NCBI GenBank assembly: GCA_023301025.1
Contig: JALZUR010000024.1
Location: 6,806-70,805, forward strand
DNA: 64,000 bases
Reading direction: 5' to 3'
From: Bdellovibrionales bacterium
Lineage (GTDB): Bacteria; Bdellovibrionota; Bdellovibrionia; Bdellovibrionales; UBA1609
Shown here: piece after piece, positions 40,806 to 49,931 of the stretch
Numbering within the stretch: the stretch's first letter is position 1
Layout of the letters: each line of letters opens with the position of its first letter
The notes under the pieces: model-generated
The model's input: the letters and a program-made list of their open reading frames with translations, nothing else
What the model was told of the DNA's origin: nothing
Databases searched by the model: none
Program-made: the position numbers and the translations under genes

Positions 40806-42170
40806 GTGAAAAAAATATTAGCTATATCAATGTTACTCGCATTCAGTCACAAGTCTTTTTCTTCTGAGAATCATGAAACTATTTATTTTGGTTTTGACCG
40901 CAGTGCTGTTGAAGACAGTGGAGTGGAGCTTAACAATTACCCTGATGGTGAAACTGTATTTTGGATAAAAGGATATGCAGACACTACAGGTGCTGAGTCT
41001 TATAATATTGTCTTAGCTGAAAGAAGAGCAATAAATGTTAAGAACGCTATTATTAATAAATATAATCTTAATGAAGATCAGGTAAAAATAACGTCTTTTG
41101 GTGAAGATACAAATCCTAACTTGGCGAATTCTAGAAAAAGAAGATCTGAAGTTATAAGTGGTACAGCTGATGAAATAAGTAACCTTATGAATAACTATGG
41201 TTCAGATGTTGCTTCGAATATTTCAGATTACGATTCATCGACTACGGATTACACAACTTCTTATGATTCTTCTACTAATGATGAACCTTTAGTTGATGAG
41301 TCAGGTTCTTTTACTCCCGATGGTGAAGCTGATTTTGATAAGCCATACATTCAAGACTCTGCAATTAATGATATTGATCAAGAAACAGATGCTTTGATTG
41401 CTTCAGATGAGTACCCTTCTCCAGATCAAGACTCTAATTATAGTGACGACACTTTAAATGATGACGGAAGTAGCAGTGATAATGATAATTTTTTAGTTGG
41501 TTCAGCAATGGGTGCAGGCGCATTTGCAGGTAGATACTACTTAGGTTTGGGTTTTTACAATAACACTTTAAATTCAGAACAAATTAATTCAGGTGCAGAG
41601 ACAGAATGGACATCTGGTTTGAATTATAATGTAGAAGGTCAGTATCAGTTTAAGCTTAAAAGCATATGGCTTGGTTTAAGAGCGTCTTATCATTTGCAGT
41701 CCTATGAAGTTGAATTAGATCCTACATTTGACTGGAATGAAGATTCACCAAATTTATTAAATGTTGCTTTAGTAGCTGATTATGAAAAAGAAAAATGGGG
41801 TCTTGGTTTAGACATTGATTACAATCAGGTTCCTCATGTTTTTGTTCAAGGAAATGATTTTGAAATAAGAGATGTTTTTATGTATGGTGTTACCTTTAGG
41901 GGCCAATACAAGTGGTTAGATAAAGGCAGGTACACATCACGTGCAGGATTAAATGTTGTTCTACCAATTGGTGGATCAGACGATATTGAGCCAGAAGGTG
42001 ATTTAGGTTTTATTGGCTTTATTGATGTTGCAAGAGCTGAGACTCTAAAACATTACAGCTTAAATTTAAAGTTGTACGCCGGCCAAAAAAATTACGCCAA
42101 TATACAAAATGAACAGAGTGAGCCTGTTGTAGGCCTTCTTTTTTCTTTAAATTCTTTAAATTGGCTTTAA
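40806..42170 (+). CDS. OmpA-like domain protein with acidic linker and beta-rich C-terminal domain
   Basis: Signal peptide, then an OmpA_C-like peptidoglycan-binding module (IYFGFDRSAV ... IKGYADTTGAESYNIVLAERRA). About 110-aa Asp/Ser/Thr-rich linker. C-terminal about 220 aa has an alternating beta-strand pattern. Confidence 0.7.
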   Translation: MKKILAISMLLAFSHKSFSSENHETIYFGFDRSAVEDSGVELNNYPDGETVFWIKGYADTTGAESYNIVLAERRAINVKNAIINKYNLNEDQVKITSFGEDTNPNLANSRKRRSEVISGTADEISNLMNNYGSDVASNISDYDSSTTDYTTSYDSSTNDEPLVDESGSFTPDGEADFDKPYIQDSAINDIDQETDALIASDEYPSPDQDSNYSDDTLNDDGSSSDNDNFLVGSAMGAGAFAGRYYLGLGFYNNTLNSEQINSGAETEWTSGLNYNVEGQYQFKLKSIWLGLRASYHLQSYEVELDPTFDWNEDSPNLLNVALVADYEKEKWGLGLDIDYNQVPHVFVQGNDFEIRDVFMYGVTFRGQYKWLDKGRYTSRAGLNVVLPIGGSDDIEPEGDLGFIGFIDVARAETLKHYSLNLKLYAGQKNYANIQNEQSEPVVGLLFSLNSLNWL

Positions 42171-42254
42171 TAGCTAGGTAAAGTTCTTAAGTACATATTT
42201 CATTTCTTTTAAAGACCTTTGCGAAAGTTTGGGTTTTAAGCTAAATACCATCCA

Positions 42255-42443
42255 ATGATTTGGCGAATATCTATTCTTTTATTTTTTAGTGTTTCTTGTG
42301 GTGTTAAAGGTGCGCCTGCTCCTAGGCAAAACGCAGCTTATATTTTTGATTCTAAAGGTCTCAATGAGACACCAACTACAGATCGTTCAACGAATGACAA
42401 AAAGAACAGTTCAAAAAGTAATGTTAATAAAATATATAAATAA
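42255..42443 (+). CDS. Small lipoprotein, LptM/YifL-like
   Basis: 62 aa. FSVSCGVKGAPAP resembles the CG.KGPL motif of the YifL/LptM small lipoprotein family; the rest is low-complexity. Confidence 0.4.
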   Translation: MIWRISILLFFSVSCGVKGAPAPRQNAAYIFDSKGLNETPTTDRSTNDKKNSSKSNVNKIYK

Positions 42444-42475
42444 ATCCCCATTTTTAAACTGAAAGGAGATGTAAA

Positions 42476-43339
42476 ATGAATCCAATCACCGGCGGTTTGA
42501 TCACAGCCCTTGTTACTCCTTTTAATGATAAAGGTTTCATTGATTACAGTTCTCTAGATCTGTTAGTTAAGGATCAGCTTAAACAAGGTGTTGAAGGCTT
42601 TGTTGTGTCTGGAACAACAGCTGAGAGTCCAAATCTAAGTCGTGATGAAGTTGTAGAGCTTTTTAAGTTTATAAAAGAACGAGTGCCAAGCACATTTCAA
42701 ATGATTATTGGTGCGGGGACAAATTCTACATCAGGGACTATTGATAATTTAAAGTTTTATGACTTTTTAGAGCCTGATGCTTATTTATTAGTCGTACCTT
42801 ATTACAATAAACCATCGCAGCTTGGTTTGTTTGAGCACTTTAAAACAGCAGCAGGTTCTACTTGCCGAAATATTGTGCTATATGATGTGCCAGGGCGAAC
42901 AATTGTGGATATCTCTGTGGAAACAACTCTTAAATTATCTAAAATAAAGAATATAATTGGGACAAAAGATGCTACCGGTGATTTAAATAAGTTGAAAAAA
43001 TTAGTAGAGGTTTTAGACAAAGACTTTATTTTGCTCTCAGGTGATGATGCCACTTCGGCTGAATTTATTAATCTTGGCGGTCATGGGGTGGTTTCTGTGT
43101 TGTCTCATCTGGCTCCACAAGAGATGAAGAAAAGTTTTGCAGGTGAGTATGACTATTCTAAGTTGTTAGAATTAGCAGACCTTATTTTTACAGAACCTAA
43201 TCCATGTCCTGTAAAGTCGTGTTTAAAAGAGATGTCTTTAATTTCTGATGATCATGTAAGACTGCCACTTGTTTCAACAACACTGCCTTTAAAAAAGAAG
43301 CTTGCTCAAGCCCTGAAGAATTTGGAGTTTATAAAATGA
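42476..43339 (+). CDS. dapA: 4-hydroxy-tetrahydrodipicolinate synthase
   Basis: GTTAESPNLS, YYNKPSQ, LYDVPGRT, catalytic Lys in GTKDATG. Confidence 0.95.
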   Translation: MNPITGGLITALVTPFNDKGFIDYSSLDLLVKDQLKQGVEGFVVSGTTAESPNLSRDEVVELFKFIKERVPSTFQMIIGAGTNSTSGTIDNLKFYDFLEPDAYLLVVPYYNKPSQLGLFEHFKTAAGSTCRNIVLYDVPGRTIVDISVETTLKLSKIKNIIGTKDATGDLNKLKKLVEVLDKDFILLSGDDATSAEFINLGGHGVVSVLSHLAPQEMKKSFAGEYDYSKLLELADLIFTEPNPCPVKSCLKEMSLISDDHVRLPLVSTTLPLKKKLAQALKNLEFIK

Positions 43340-44022
43340 TAAAAGTTGGTCTTTCAGGCTCTACTGGACGTATGGGGCAGGTTTTTGAAAAGCTTATTCT
43401 AGAATCAGAAAAATTTTCTTTATCAAATGTTTATAATAAGAACTCACCCCTTGAGTCATGGGTTCCAAAAGATATTGATGTGGTTATAGATTTTTCTTTG
43501 CCAGAAGCTTTAAAAGAGGTTTGTAAGTGGTGCAATATGCATAATAAACCTTTAATAACGGGCACAACTGGGTTTGAAGACATTAAAGATGTTGTTGATG
43601 TTACATCTTTAAAAATGGCAGTAGTTCACTCTGGAAACTACAGCCTCGGTATTGCCTCACTCATACAAAGCCTTAAATCATATAAGGTTTTTTCGCATGA
43701 GGCTCGTATTTGGATTGAAGATTATCACCATCAAAATAAAAAAGACTCACCAAGTGGAACGGCTATAAAAATTTCTGAAGCTTTAAAAAGTTTTACAGCC
43801 ACGAAGCCTATTAAAATTAATGACGTAAGAGCAGGCTCAATTTTTGGAATTCATAAAGTTCATATGGCTACAAATGAAGAATGGGTAACTCTTACTCACA
43901 GAGCTTTAAGCCGTGAGGTTTTCGCTAAAGGTGCCCTAGAATTAGTCAGTTGGATTAAGGGAAAAACGGCTGGCTTGTACACATTGGAAGATTTTTTAAA
44001 TCATGAGGTTAATAAAAATTGA
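43336..44022 (+). CDS. dapB: 4-hydroxy-tetrahydrodipicolinate reductase
   Basis: N-terminal GSTGRMG Rossmann motif; EDYHHQNKKDSPSGTA matches E.HH..K.DAPSGTA. 4-nt overlap with dapA. Confidence 0.92.
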   Translation: MIKVGLSGSTGRMGQVFEKLILESEKFSLSNVYNKNSPLESWVPKDIDVVIDFSLPEALKEVCKWCNMHNKPLITGTTGFEDIKDVVDVTSLKMAVVHSGNYSLGIASLIQSLKSYKVFSHEARIWIEDYHHQNKKDSPSGTAIKISEALKSFTATKPIKINDVRAGSIFGIHKVHMATNEEWVTLTHRALSREVFAKGALELVSWIKGKTAGLYTLEDFLNHEVNKN

Positions 44023-44174
44023 TTCGATAAACTCTTAAAACGGATCAATCTAAGTGCATTATTAATGCCTGATTATATAATATAGTTATAATTTACTTTT
44101 AAGTCTTTAGGTAGAATCAGAGCTGGACAATTAAAAGAACATAGCCAAAGATGTGAAAAAAATAAGAGGCAAAA

Positions 44175-44819
44175 ATGAAATTTTTTATAGATTCAGGTAG
44201 TGTTGAAGAGATCAAAGACGCAAATACTTTTGGTTGGGTTGACGGTGTTACAACGAATCCAAGTATTGTTGCTAAGTCAGGTGTAGATTTTAAGACTCTA
44301 ATTAAAGAGATATGTCAGATCGTTAAAGGCCCAGTTTCTGCAGAAGTTTTAAGCACAACTGCAGGAGATATGGTCACTGAAGGTGAGAGTCTTGCTAAAA
44401 TTGCTGACAACGTTGTTATTAAAATTCCGCTGACAGCAGAGGGATTAAAAGCCACTAAGGCTTTTTCTGAAAGAGGTATTCAAACAAACGTAACCTTATG
44501 TTTTCAACCTATCCAAGCTCTTCTTGCTGCAAAAGCAGGAGCTACAATGGTTTCTCCATTTATTGGTAGACTTGATGATATTGGCACTTCTGGTATGGCG
44601 ATGATAAGTGAAATCAGACAGATCTATGACAACTATGGTTATGAAACTGAAATTCTTGCTGCGAGTGTTAGGCATTCAATGCATGTTTTAGATGCAGCTT
44701 TAGTTGGAGCAGACATCTGTACTCTACCTTTTAAGACAATGAAGCAACTCGTTAATCATCCACTTACGGATAAAGGCTTGGAGCAGTTTTTAAGTGATGG
44801 TGCAAATCTAAAAATCTAA
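44175..44819 (+). CDS. tal: Short transaldolase / fructose-6-phosphate aldolase family enzyme
   Basis: 214 aa. [22 protein letters not shown], Schiff-base Lys in VVIKIP. Confidence 0.9.
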   Translation: MKFFIDSGSVEEIKDANTFGWVDGVTTNPSIVAKSGVDFKTLIKEICQIVKGPVSAEVLSTTAGDMVTEGESLAKIADNVVIKIPLTAEGLKATKAFSERGIQTNVTLCFQPIQALLAAKAGATMVSPFIGRLDDIGTSGMAMISEIRQIYDNYGYETEILAASVRHSMHVLDAALVGADICTLPFKTMKQLVNHPLTDKGLEQFLSDGANLKI

Positions 44820-44828
44820 GGGGGAAGA

Positions 44829-45278
44829 ATGAAAATAGTTATAAGCTTAGTACTTCTTTGCCTAGTCGGTAGTTGCGCTACTCTAGGTGTTGAGAGCATG
44901 AGTAGTCTTGACTACCCACTTGCTGATATACAAAAAGGGATTAAGAAAGCTATGCCTATCCCTTTTAAAAATGTATCTCGTGATGGGAGAGCTTTTGAAA
45001 GTTACCCATTTATTAGAGATGGTAAAAAGTTAGCTCTTGCTAGAAATCAAGATGAAAGAGGAATGGCAAGTATAGAGATAAGAGGTTCTTCGAGACCCTA
45101 TACTGTAGATGTATCAATTGAACTGCAAGAGGCAGGCAATCCAAACTCTGTTCAGAAGAATTTTAGAACTGTAGGTTATGATGAGGTTATGGCACGAATA
45201 GTTTTGGCTAGGCTAAAATCCTACCTACAAGGGTCTAAAAAGAGTCTAGATGTTGTTGACGATGTCAGAATCTTCTAG
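44829..45278 (+). CDS. Hypothetical lipoprotein
   Basis: Lipobox LVGSC; no recognisable domain. Confidence 0.55.
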   Translation: MKIVISLVLLCLVGSCATLGVESMSSLDYPLADIQKGIKKAMPIPFKNVSRDGRAFESYPFIRDGKKLALARNQDERGMASIEIRGSSRPYTVDVSIELQEAGNPNSVQKNFRTVGYDEVMARIVLARLKSYLQGSKKSLDVVDDVRIF

Positions 45279-45292
45279 CTAGACTATTCACT

Positions 45293-47356
45293 ATGTTTGA
45301 CTACCCTGTTTCGAAAGCTGTCTTTTGTTTGCTGTTGTTTAGCACACCTCAATCTATTGAGAGTGTTACAAGCATGAGATTAAGGGGAGTTTCTATTTTA
45401 GCTGACAGAACCTCTCCAGCACTTTCAGCGGTTCAAGATGTTTTGAGTCTTAAGGATTTAGAATTTGAACATAACCAAAGACGACAAATTAATACCACGT
45501 CTCCAATAAAGAAAATTGAAAAGATTAAGTTAAAAGGTATCAAAATCAGTTCCAATAAATTAATGGATGTTGATTTTGAGTCTGTAGCTTTAAGTGGTGA
45601 ATCAATAGATGTTGAGCATTTTTCTAATAAATTTTTAAAGAGTAAAAATTATAAAACACTACCAAGAATGTTAGCTTCTGATATCAAAAGGTATTCTAGT
45701 GCAAAAGATGAAGCCTCAACTTCTTCTAGCTCTATTGAAATTACAGATAATGATTCAAAAGTTTTATCAAGCGGCGTTTTAGTTAGTCGTTTGGTAAAAG
45801 ATAGTAATGATTCTGAAATTGAAGCCTTAGTCGAAGAAAAAGCTTTTAAAGTAAGCAAAGATATATCTGCACTTACTGTAGCTAGTAAGCGTATTCAAAG
45901 TGTTAGAGGCACTCTTAGTTTAGAGGGTGGATCTTTTTCAAAAGCAGAATCTTTTAGCTACTACGTTGAAAGAAAGCACATGGGTAAAACATTTGAGACG
46001 ACGACCATTCAAGGGGATGCGAAAAATTTTAAAATGGATCTTTCAGGTGATAAAGGTTTTATTTCAGCTGAGCTTAGAAGTTCTCAAGGCGAAATATTGG
46101 CCTATGGTGAAGTTGATTTAAGTAGTGGTGATACTCAAAATTTAGATTTAATTTTAGAACCATCAGCTGGCTTGTTTGCTGGACAGGCTTTTTCTCAAAA
46201 CTCACTTGCTAATAATAAAACTGCAGTCAAAGAAAACCCTTTAGCAGAAAGTAAAACCATTGTTGCTGGAGTAGATGGAACACTTGTTTCTGATGCTGAA
46301 GGTTTTTTTGGTGATTCAAATTTATTTTCTTCAAAGTCTGATTTTTTAAGTTCAACATTTAAAAAAGGCTTTTGGCCTACACTTAGTTTGTCAGAGTCTG
46401 GAAAAGCCTACTATCCGAGATTAATAAAAAGAGATGTTATTGATAGGTTAGAAGTAGATTTAGATCCCTTTGGTGAAGAGGTCTCAATTGAGAGTTTACT
46501 ATTAGGTAAAGTAACATTTAAAGGTTTGAATCGAAGTGGACTTAAAGTTGAGATTTTTAATCAAGGCTATCAGGAGCCAGTTTACTTTAATAGAAGTGGA
46601 CGTCCTGACACATCACTTAAGCAAACGTCAACTCACGGTGGTTTTGTTTTTGCAAATTTACCAGATGGTGGATACTTGGTTCAAGTTGTGCAAAGCGAGA
46701 AGGTTGTTGCTCAAAAATGGTTTGTTGTTAAATCTGGTCATATCTCTAGAGGCCAGATCGAGTTAAAAGAACGCGATGCACGTCTTGTGTTTTTAGAGTC
46801 TTATCCTGTATTAAAAACAGCTCGTAATAGAAATGAAATTTACGTTCGCGAATTAGGCCTGGATAAAGAAGATACTATTAATATTGATAGTCTTGAAGCT
46901 GAGATTAAAGGTTTAGAGTTAAAATCAAGAACTCAACCATCTCTTACTGTTTTAGAAGTTTTGCTAGCAAACAGTAATGAAAGTAAATTAAGAAATCTAG
47001 TAGTCCTTCCTTCAAAATCAAGTCGTATAGCTTTAAAGCATGTGAGTAGCAGTTGGTTAAATTCTTTTTTAAACAGACAAAGATCAAACCGTACTTCAAG
47101 TTTAGGCTTAATTGTTGGTTTTATTGAAGACAAAGATTTTGAGGTTTTAAAAGACGTAACAGAGGCTGTTTCAGCAAGTTCTGAAATCTTTTACTTTAAT
47201 CGTCAAGGACAACCAACTTCAAAAGGTGAAAAAGGTGGGGGCTTTGTGATAACAAATACAAAGCTTGGTTTCCAACCCTTAGTCATTCGTTTAGAGGAAG
47301 ATAAATTTTTAAATAAAGTTGTATTTACAAGTTCAAATTCTGTATCAGTTTTTTAA
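45293..47356 (+). CDS. Large hypothetical envelope protein with carboxypeptidase-regulatory-like beta-sandwich segments
   Basis: 687 aa. Hydrophobic N-terminus. Segments such as THGGFVFANLPDGGYLVQVV and GGGFVITNTKLGFQPLVI resemble CarboxypepD_reg-type folds. No catalytic motif. Confidence 0.55.
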   Translation: MFDYPVSKAVFCLLLFSTPQSIESVTSMRLRGVSILADRTSPALSAVQDVLSLKDLEFEHNQRRQINTTSPIKKIEKIKLKGIKISSNKLMDVDFESVALSGESIDVEHFSNKFLKSKNYKTLPRMLASDIKRYSSAKDEASTSSSSIEITDNDSKVLSSGVLVSRLVKDSNDSEIEALVEEKAFKVSKDISALTVASKRIQSVRGTLSLEGGSFSKAESFSYYVERKHMGKTFETTTIQGDAKNFKMDLSGDKGFISAELRSSQGEILAYGEVDLSSGDTQNLDLILEPSAGLFAGQAFSQNSLANNKTAVKENPLAESKTIVAGVDGTLVSDAEGFFGDSNLFSSKSDFLSSTFKKGFWPTLSLSESGKAYYPRLIKRDVIDRLEVDLDPFGEEVSIESLLLGKVTFKGLNRSGLKVEIFNQGYQEPVYFNRSGRPDTSLKQTSTHGGFVFANLPDGGYLVQVVQSEKVVAQKWFVVKSGHISRGQIELKERDARLVFLESYPVLKTARNRNEIYVRELGLDKEDTINIDSLEAEIKGLELKSRTQPSLTVLEVLLANSNESKLRNLVVLPSKSSRIALKHVSSSWLNSFLNRQRSNRTSSLGLIVGFIEDKDFEVLKDVTEAVSASSEIFYFNRQGQPTSKGEKGGGFVITNTKLGFQPLVIRLEEDKFLNKVVFTSSNSVSVF

Positions 47357-47785
47357 TTTACTGCTTTTTAAAGAGTTTATCTTATCTTGATATCCTATAA
47401 GATAACTTTCAACAGAAGAAAAGACTTGTCCATTTGAGTCTGTAGCTTTAACAATTGCTGCTAAGGTTTGTCCATCTACGGCTAACTCTTCACTAAGATC
47501 AAATCTAACTGTACCAGAAGATTCTATGTTTTTTTCAAAAACCAATGTTTTACCAGTAGAGCTTTTATGAAATATTTTAACCTCAAGTGTTTTTATATCT
47601 TCTGCACCAGTTTCAATAAGAACTTCATTTTGAGAAATAAATGAAATATCCAAACCTCTTACTAACTTTTGAGTGTGGTTGTGATTTTTAGAAAAATTAG
47701 TGTGAGCTAGATGTTTCTTATAATTCTTGTGTTTAGCACAAGCTGAAAGAGACAATGCGAGGAGGAGTACTGTAATTATTTTCAA
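47345..47785 (-). CDS. Hypothetical lipoprotein, translationally coupled to the upstream metalloprotease gene
   Basis: Lipobox LSAC. 4-nt overlap with the stop of 47782..49581. Its 3' end overlaps the convergent 687-aa gene by 12 nt. Confidence 0.55.
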   Translation of the reverse strand: MKIITVLLLALSLSACAKHKNYKKHLAHTNFSKNHNHTQKLVRGLDISFISQNEVLIETGAEDIKTLEVKIFHKSSTGKTLVFEKNIESSGTVRFDLSEELAVDGQTLAAIVKATDSNGQVFSSVESYLIGYQDKINSLKSSKLKN

Positions 47786-49581
47786 AATAAAATTCCTTTT
47801 CTGTATCCTGGAAATGAATAGATAAATGCAGGTGCTGGATCATCAGCTAAAACTGTATAGTCAGTCCTAACCATAACAGCAACTAAGTAGTCGCCTGGAG
47901 GTAGAGTGATAGTTGAAGTAGAGGTTCCTTGTTGAATAAATTGACTAAAGTTAACGTAGTTAGAATCAAATATAAAAAATTCTAAACTACCACCAGTCGC
48001 CGAATCATTCGTTCCTACTGTTAAACTAATATCTCTTGTCTGATTTAGAGTTAATGTATGAAAATTCACATTTCTAAAAACATTAGATTGGCTAATGGTT
48101 GTTGCTGGTGGAAAAAATGGCCCTTCAAGTGTATACTCATCAGTTTGTCCAATAAGTGAAAATTCAATTTGCATTCCATACATGCCTCGAAAACTTTGAT
48201 TTTGATCTATTTGAGGGTACGTCATGCCTTCATTGTTTAAAAGATTTCTCCAAGTGCTATTGAATGTTGTTTCGTTTGCAGGGATATCGCCATTTGCAAA
48301 CATAGATGTTAGTAAAAGACCATGAGTTCTGAATGATGCCCCTGCAGTGTTAAAACCTGTTGATGTCGTATTGGCAAAGGCTTGCCAGAAATTTTCAAAG
48401 TTATCAGAAATTGTATCAAATGCATTTTCAGGTGCTGATTGAGATGTTTCAGTGTCGTAAATATCCCAAAGAAATCTTGCTACAGCAAACTCTCTAAAGT
48501 CACCTTCGCCTGAAAAAGTAGTTAAATCATTTGTACCACTTTCTAAGCCAAAGCTAAGTAGGATACCAGTGTTTCCATCAATATTTCCACGAGTGTCTAT
48601 AACTGAAGACTGCTCGTTAATAACACCTTGAAAAAACTGTGCAGCTCCCTCTGACCAAGCAAGTCTAGGATCAATAAGTTGATTTCCGTTATGTGCACCA
48701 CCAGGGCTATCAGTTCCGCTGATGTTGCTTTCTAGAAAATGAAAGTATTCATGTGTGATTATTGAAGGGTCAAAGTGATCAGTGTCAGCAAAATTTATAT
48801 CTCCATTTTCTCCACCTAAAATAAAAATTTTATTAGCTGTTCTTGAAAAATAAGAAAGACCAGATGAGGCACCAACATAAATTGAGGGATTAAAACCTGC
48901 CGCCCAATAGATATCGGCTTTTGGAATATCATTTAACCTTACAGAACCAAAAGAATTCACAATTAAAGGCTGAAGCCTGTCATATGTTGTATGAATATTG
49001 TCTAAAATAAAAAAAGCTCCACCAAGAACTGTATTTTTAGCTTCAGCAGTTATTTCAATATTTGAACTATTTTCTGTAGCAACAAAATTATAATCCAGCG
49101 AATAAAGTTCATTGGTTTCAGGTGCTATAAAAACACTAGCTTTGTTGAAGTTATTGTTAGAGCGACTGTAGACTCTTAAAGTGTGAGCACGGTTTAACCT
49201 AGGAACTTGAAAAGAGAACTCTCCACTTTCATCAGTCTCCCCACATTGAACAATTTCATCAGCACCGTTTAGCACTTCGTACTGTGCATGTTTTATAGGT
49301 CGTGGGGTTGATGAAACATCACCTAAACCCTCTTGACCTGGAGTAAGATCGATCTCTCTATACAAAAAATTAGCTACACCTTGAATGGTGACAGTTTGTG
49401 AAGTGTAGTTGATCACTTCACTGCAATAGTCCCTTTCATCAGGACTTAAGTCAGATGGTGTCCAGTCTCTAGATGCAATATCATTTACAACACTTGAAGT
49501 TGAAGTGTTAAAGCCTCCGCAAGATATAAGTGTTAAAACACAGGCGCTTGAAATAAAAACAGAAGATATCCTTTTTAACAT
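47782..49581 (-). CDS. Putative zinc metallopeptidase lipoprotein (HEXXH, gluzincin-like)
   Basis: Lipobox LISC. N-terminal beta-sandwich (DESGEFSFQVP). ITHEYFHFLE (HEXXH) with downstream AWSEGAAQFF. C-terminal PPC-like LPPGDYLVAVMV. Confidence 0.7.
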   Translation of the reverse strand: MLKRISSVFISSACVLTLISCGGFNTSTSSVVNDIASRDWTPSDLSPDERDYCSEVINYTSQTVTIQGVANFLYREIDLTPGQEGLGDVSSTPRPIKHAQYEVLNGADEIVQCGETDESGEFSFQVPRLNRAHTLRVYSRSNNNFNKASVFIAPETNELYSLDYNFVATENSSNIEITAEAKNTVLGGAFFILDNIHTTYDRLQPLIVNSFGSVRLNDIPKADIYWAAGFNPSIYVGASSGLSYFSRTANKIFILGGENGDINFADTDHFDPSIITHEYFHFLESNISGTDSPGGAHNGNQLIDPRLAWSEGAAQFFQGVINEQSSVIDTRGNIDGNTGILLSFGLESGTNDLTTFSGEGDFREFAVARFLWDIYDTETSQSAPENAFDTISDNFENFWQAFANTTSTGFNTAGASFRTHGLLLTSMFANGDIPANETTFNSTWRNLLNNEGMTYPQIDQNQSFRGMYGMQIEFSLIGQTDEYTLEGPFFPPATTISQSNVFRNVNFHTLTLNQTRDISLTVGTNDSATGGSLEFFIFDSNYVNFSQFIQQGTSTSTITLPPGDYLVAVMVRTDYTVLADDPAPAFIYSFPGYRKGILF

Positions 49582-49709
49582 GTAATCTTATCGTAAAAAC
49601 TGAGAAATAAATGAATTTTTTTTGAAAAACTATAGCTGTCTCAAAGTGAGAAAAAATCCTAGTTTTAGACACAAATTAGAGTTAGCCTAATATTAAGAGG
49701 GCATTATCT

Positions 49710-49931
49710 ATGATCCAAGGTAAAAATAGTGAATTTGTGTGTGATGGGCAAAGATATCATATTCAAACTGAGTATCTTGATACAGAAAAAGAAAAACTTT
49801 TGCTTTCGCAGGTTTTCTTAAAAGGGCAGGTTGTTTATCAAAAAGAGCAAAAAGTTCTAGAGAAGACTAAAGTTGAAGTTGATAAACTTCACAACTACGT
49901 TATTTCAAATATAAAAGAGATGATCTTATGA
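49710..49931 (+). CDS. Small hypothetical protein translationally coupled to the S41 protease gene
   Basis: 73 aa, no signal peptide. ATGA stop/start overlap with 49928..51070. Confidence 0.45.
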   Translation: MIQGKNSEFVCDGQRYHIQTEYLDTEKEKLLLSQVFLKGQVVYQKEQKVLEKTKVEVDKLHNYVISNIKEMIL

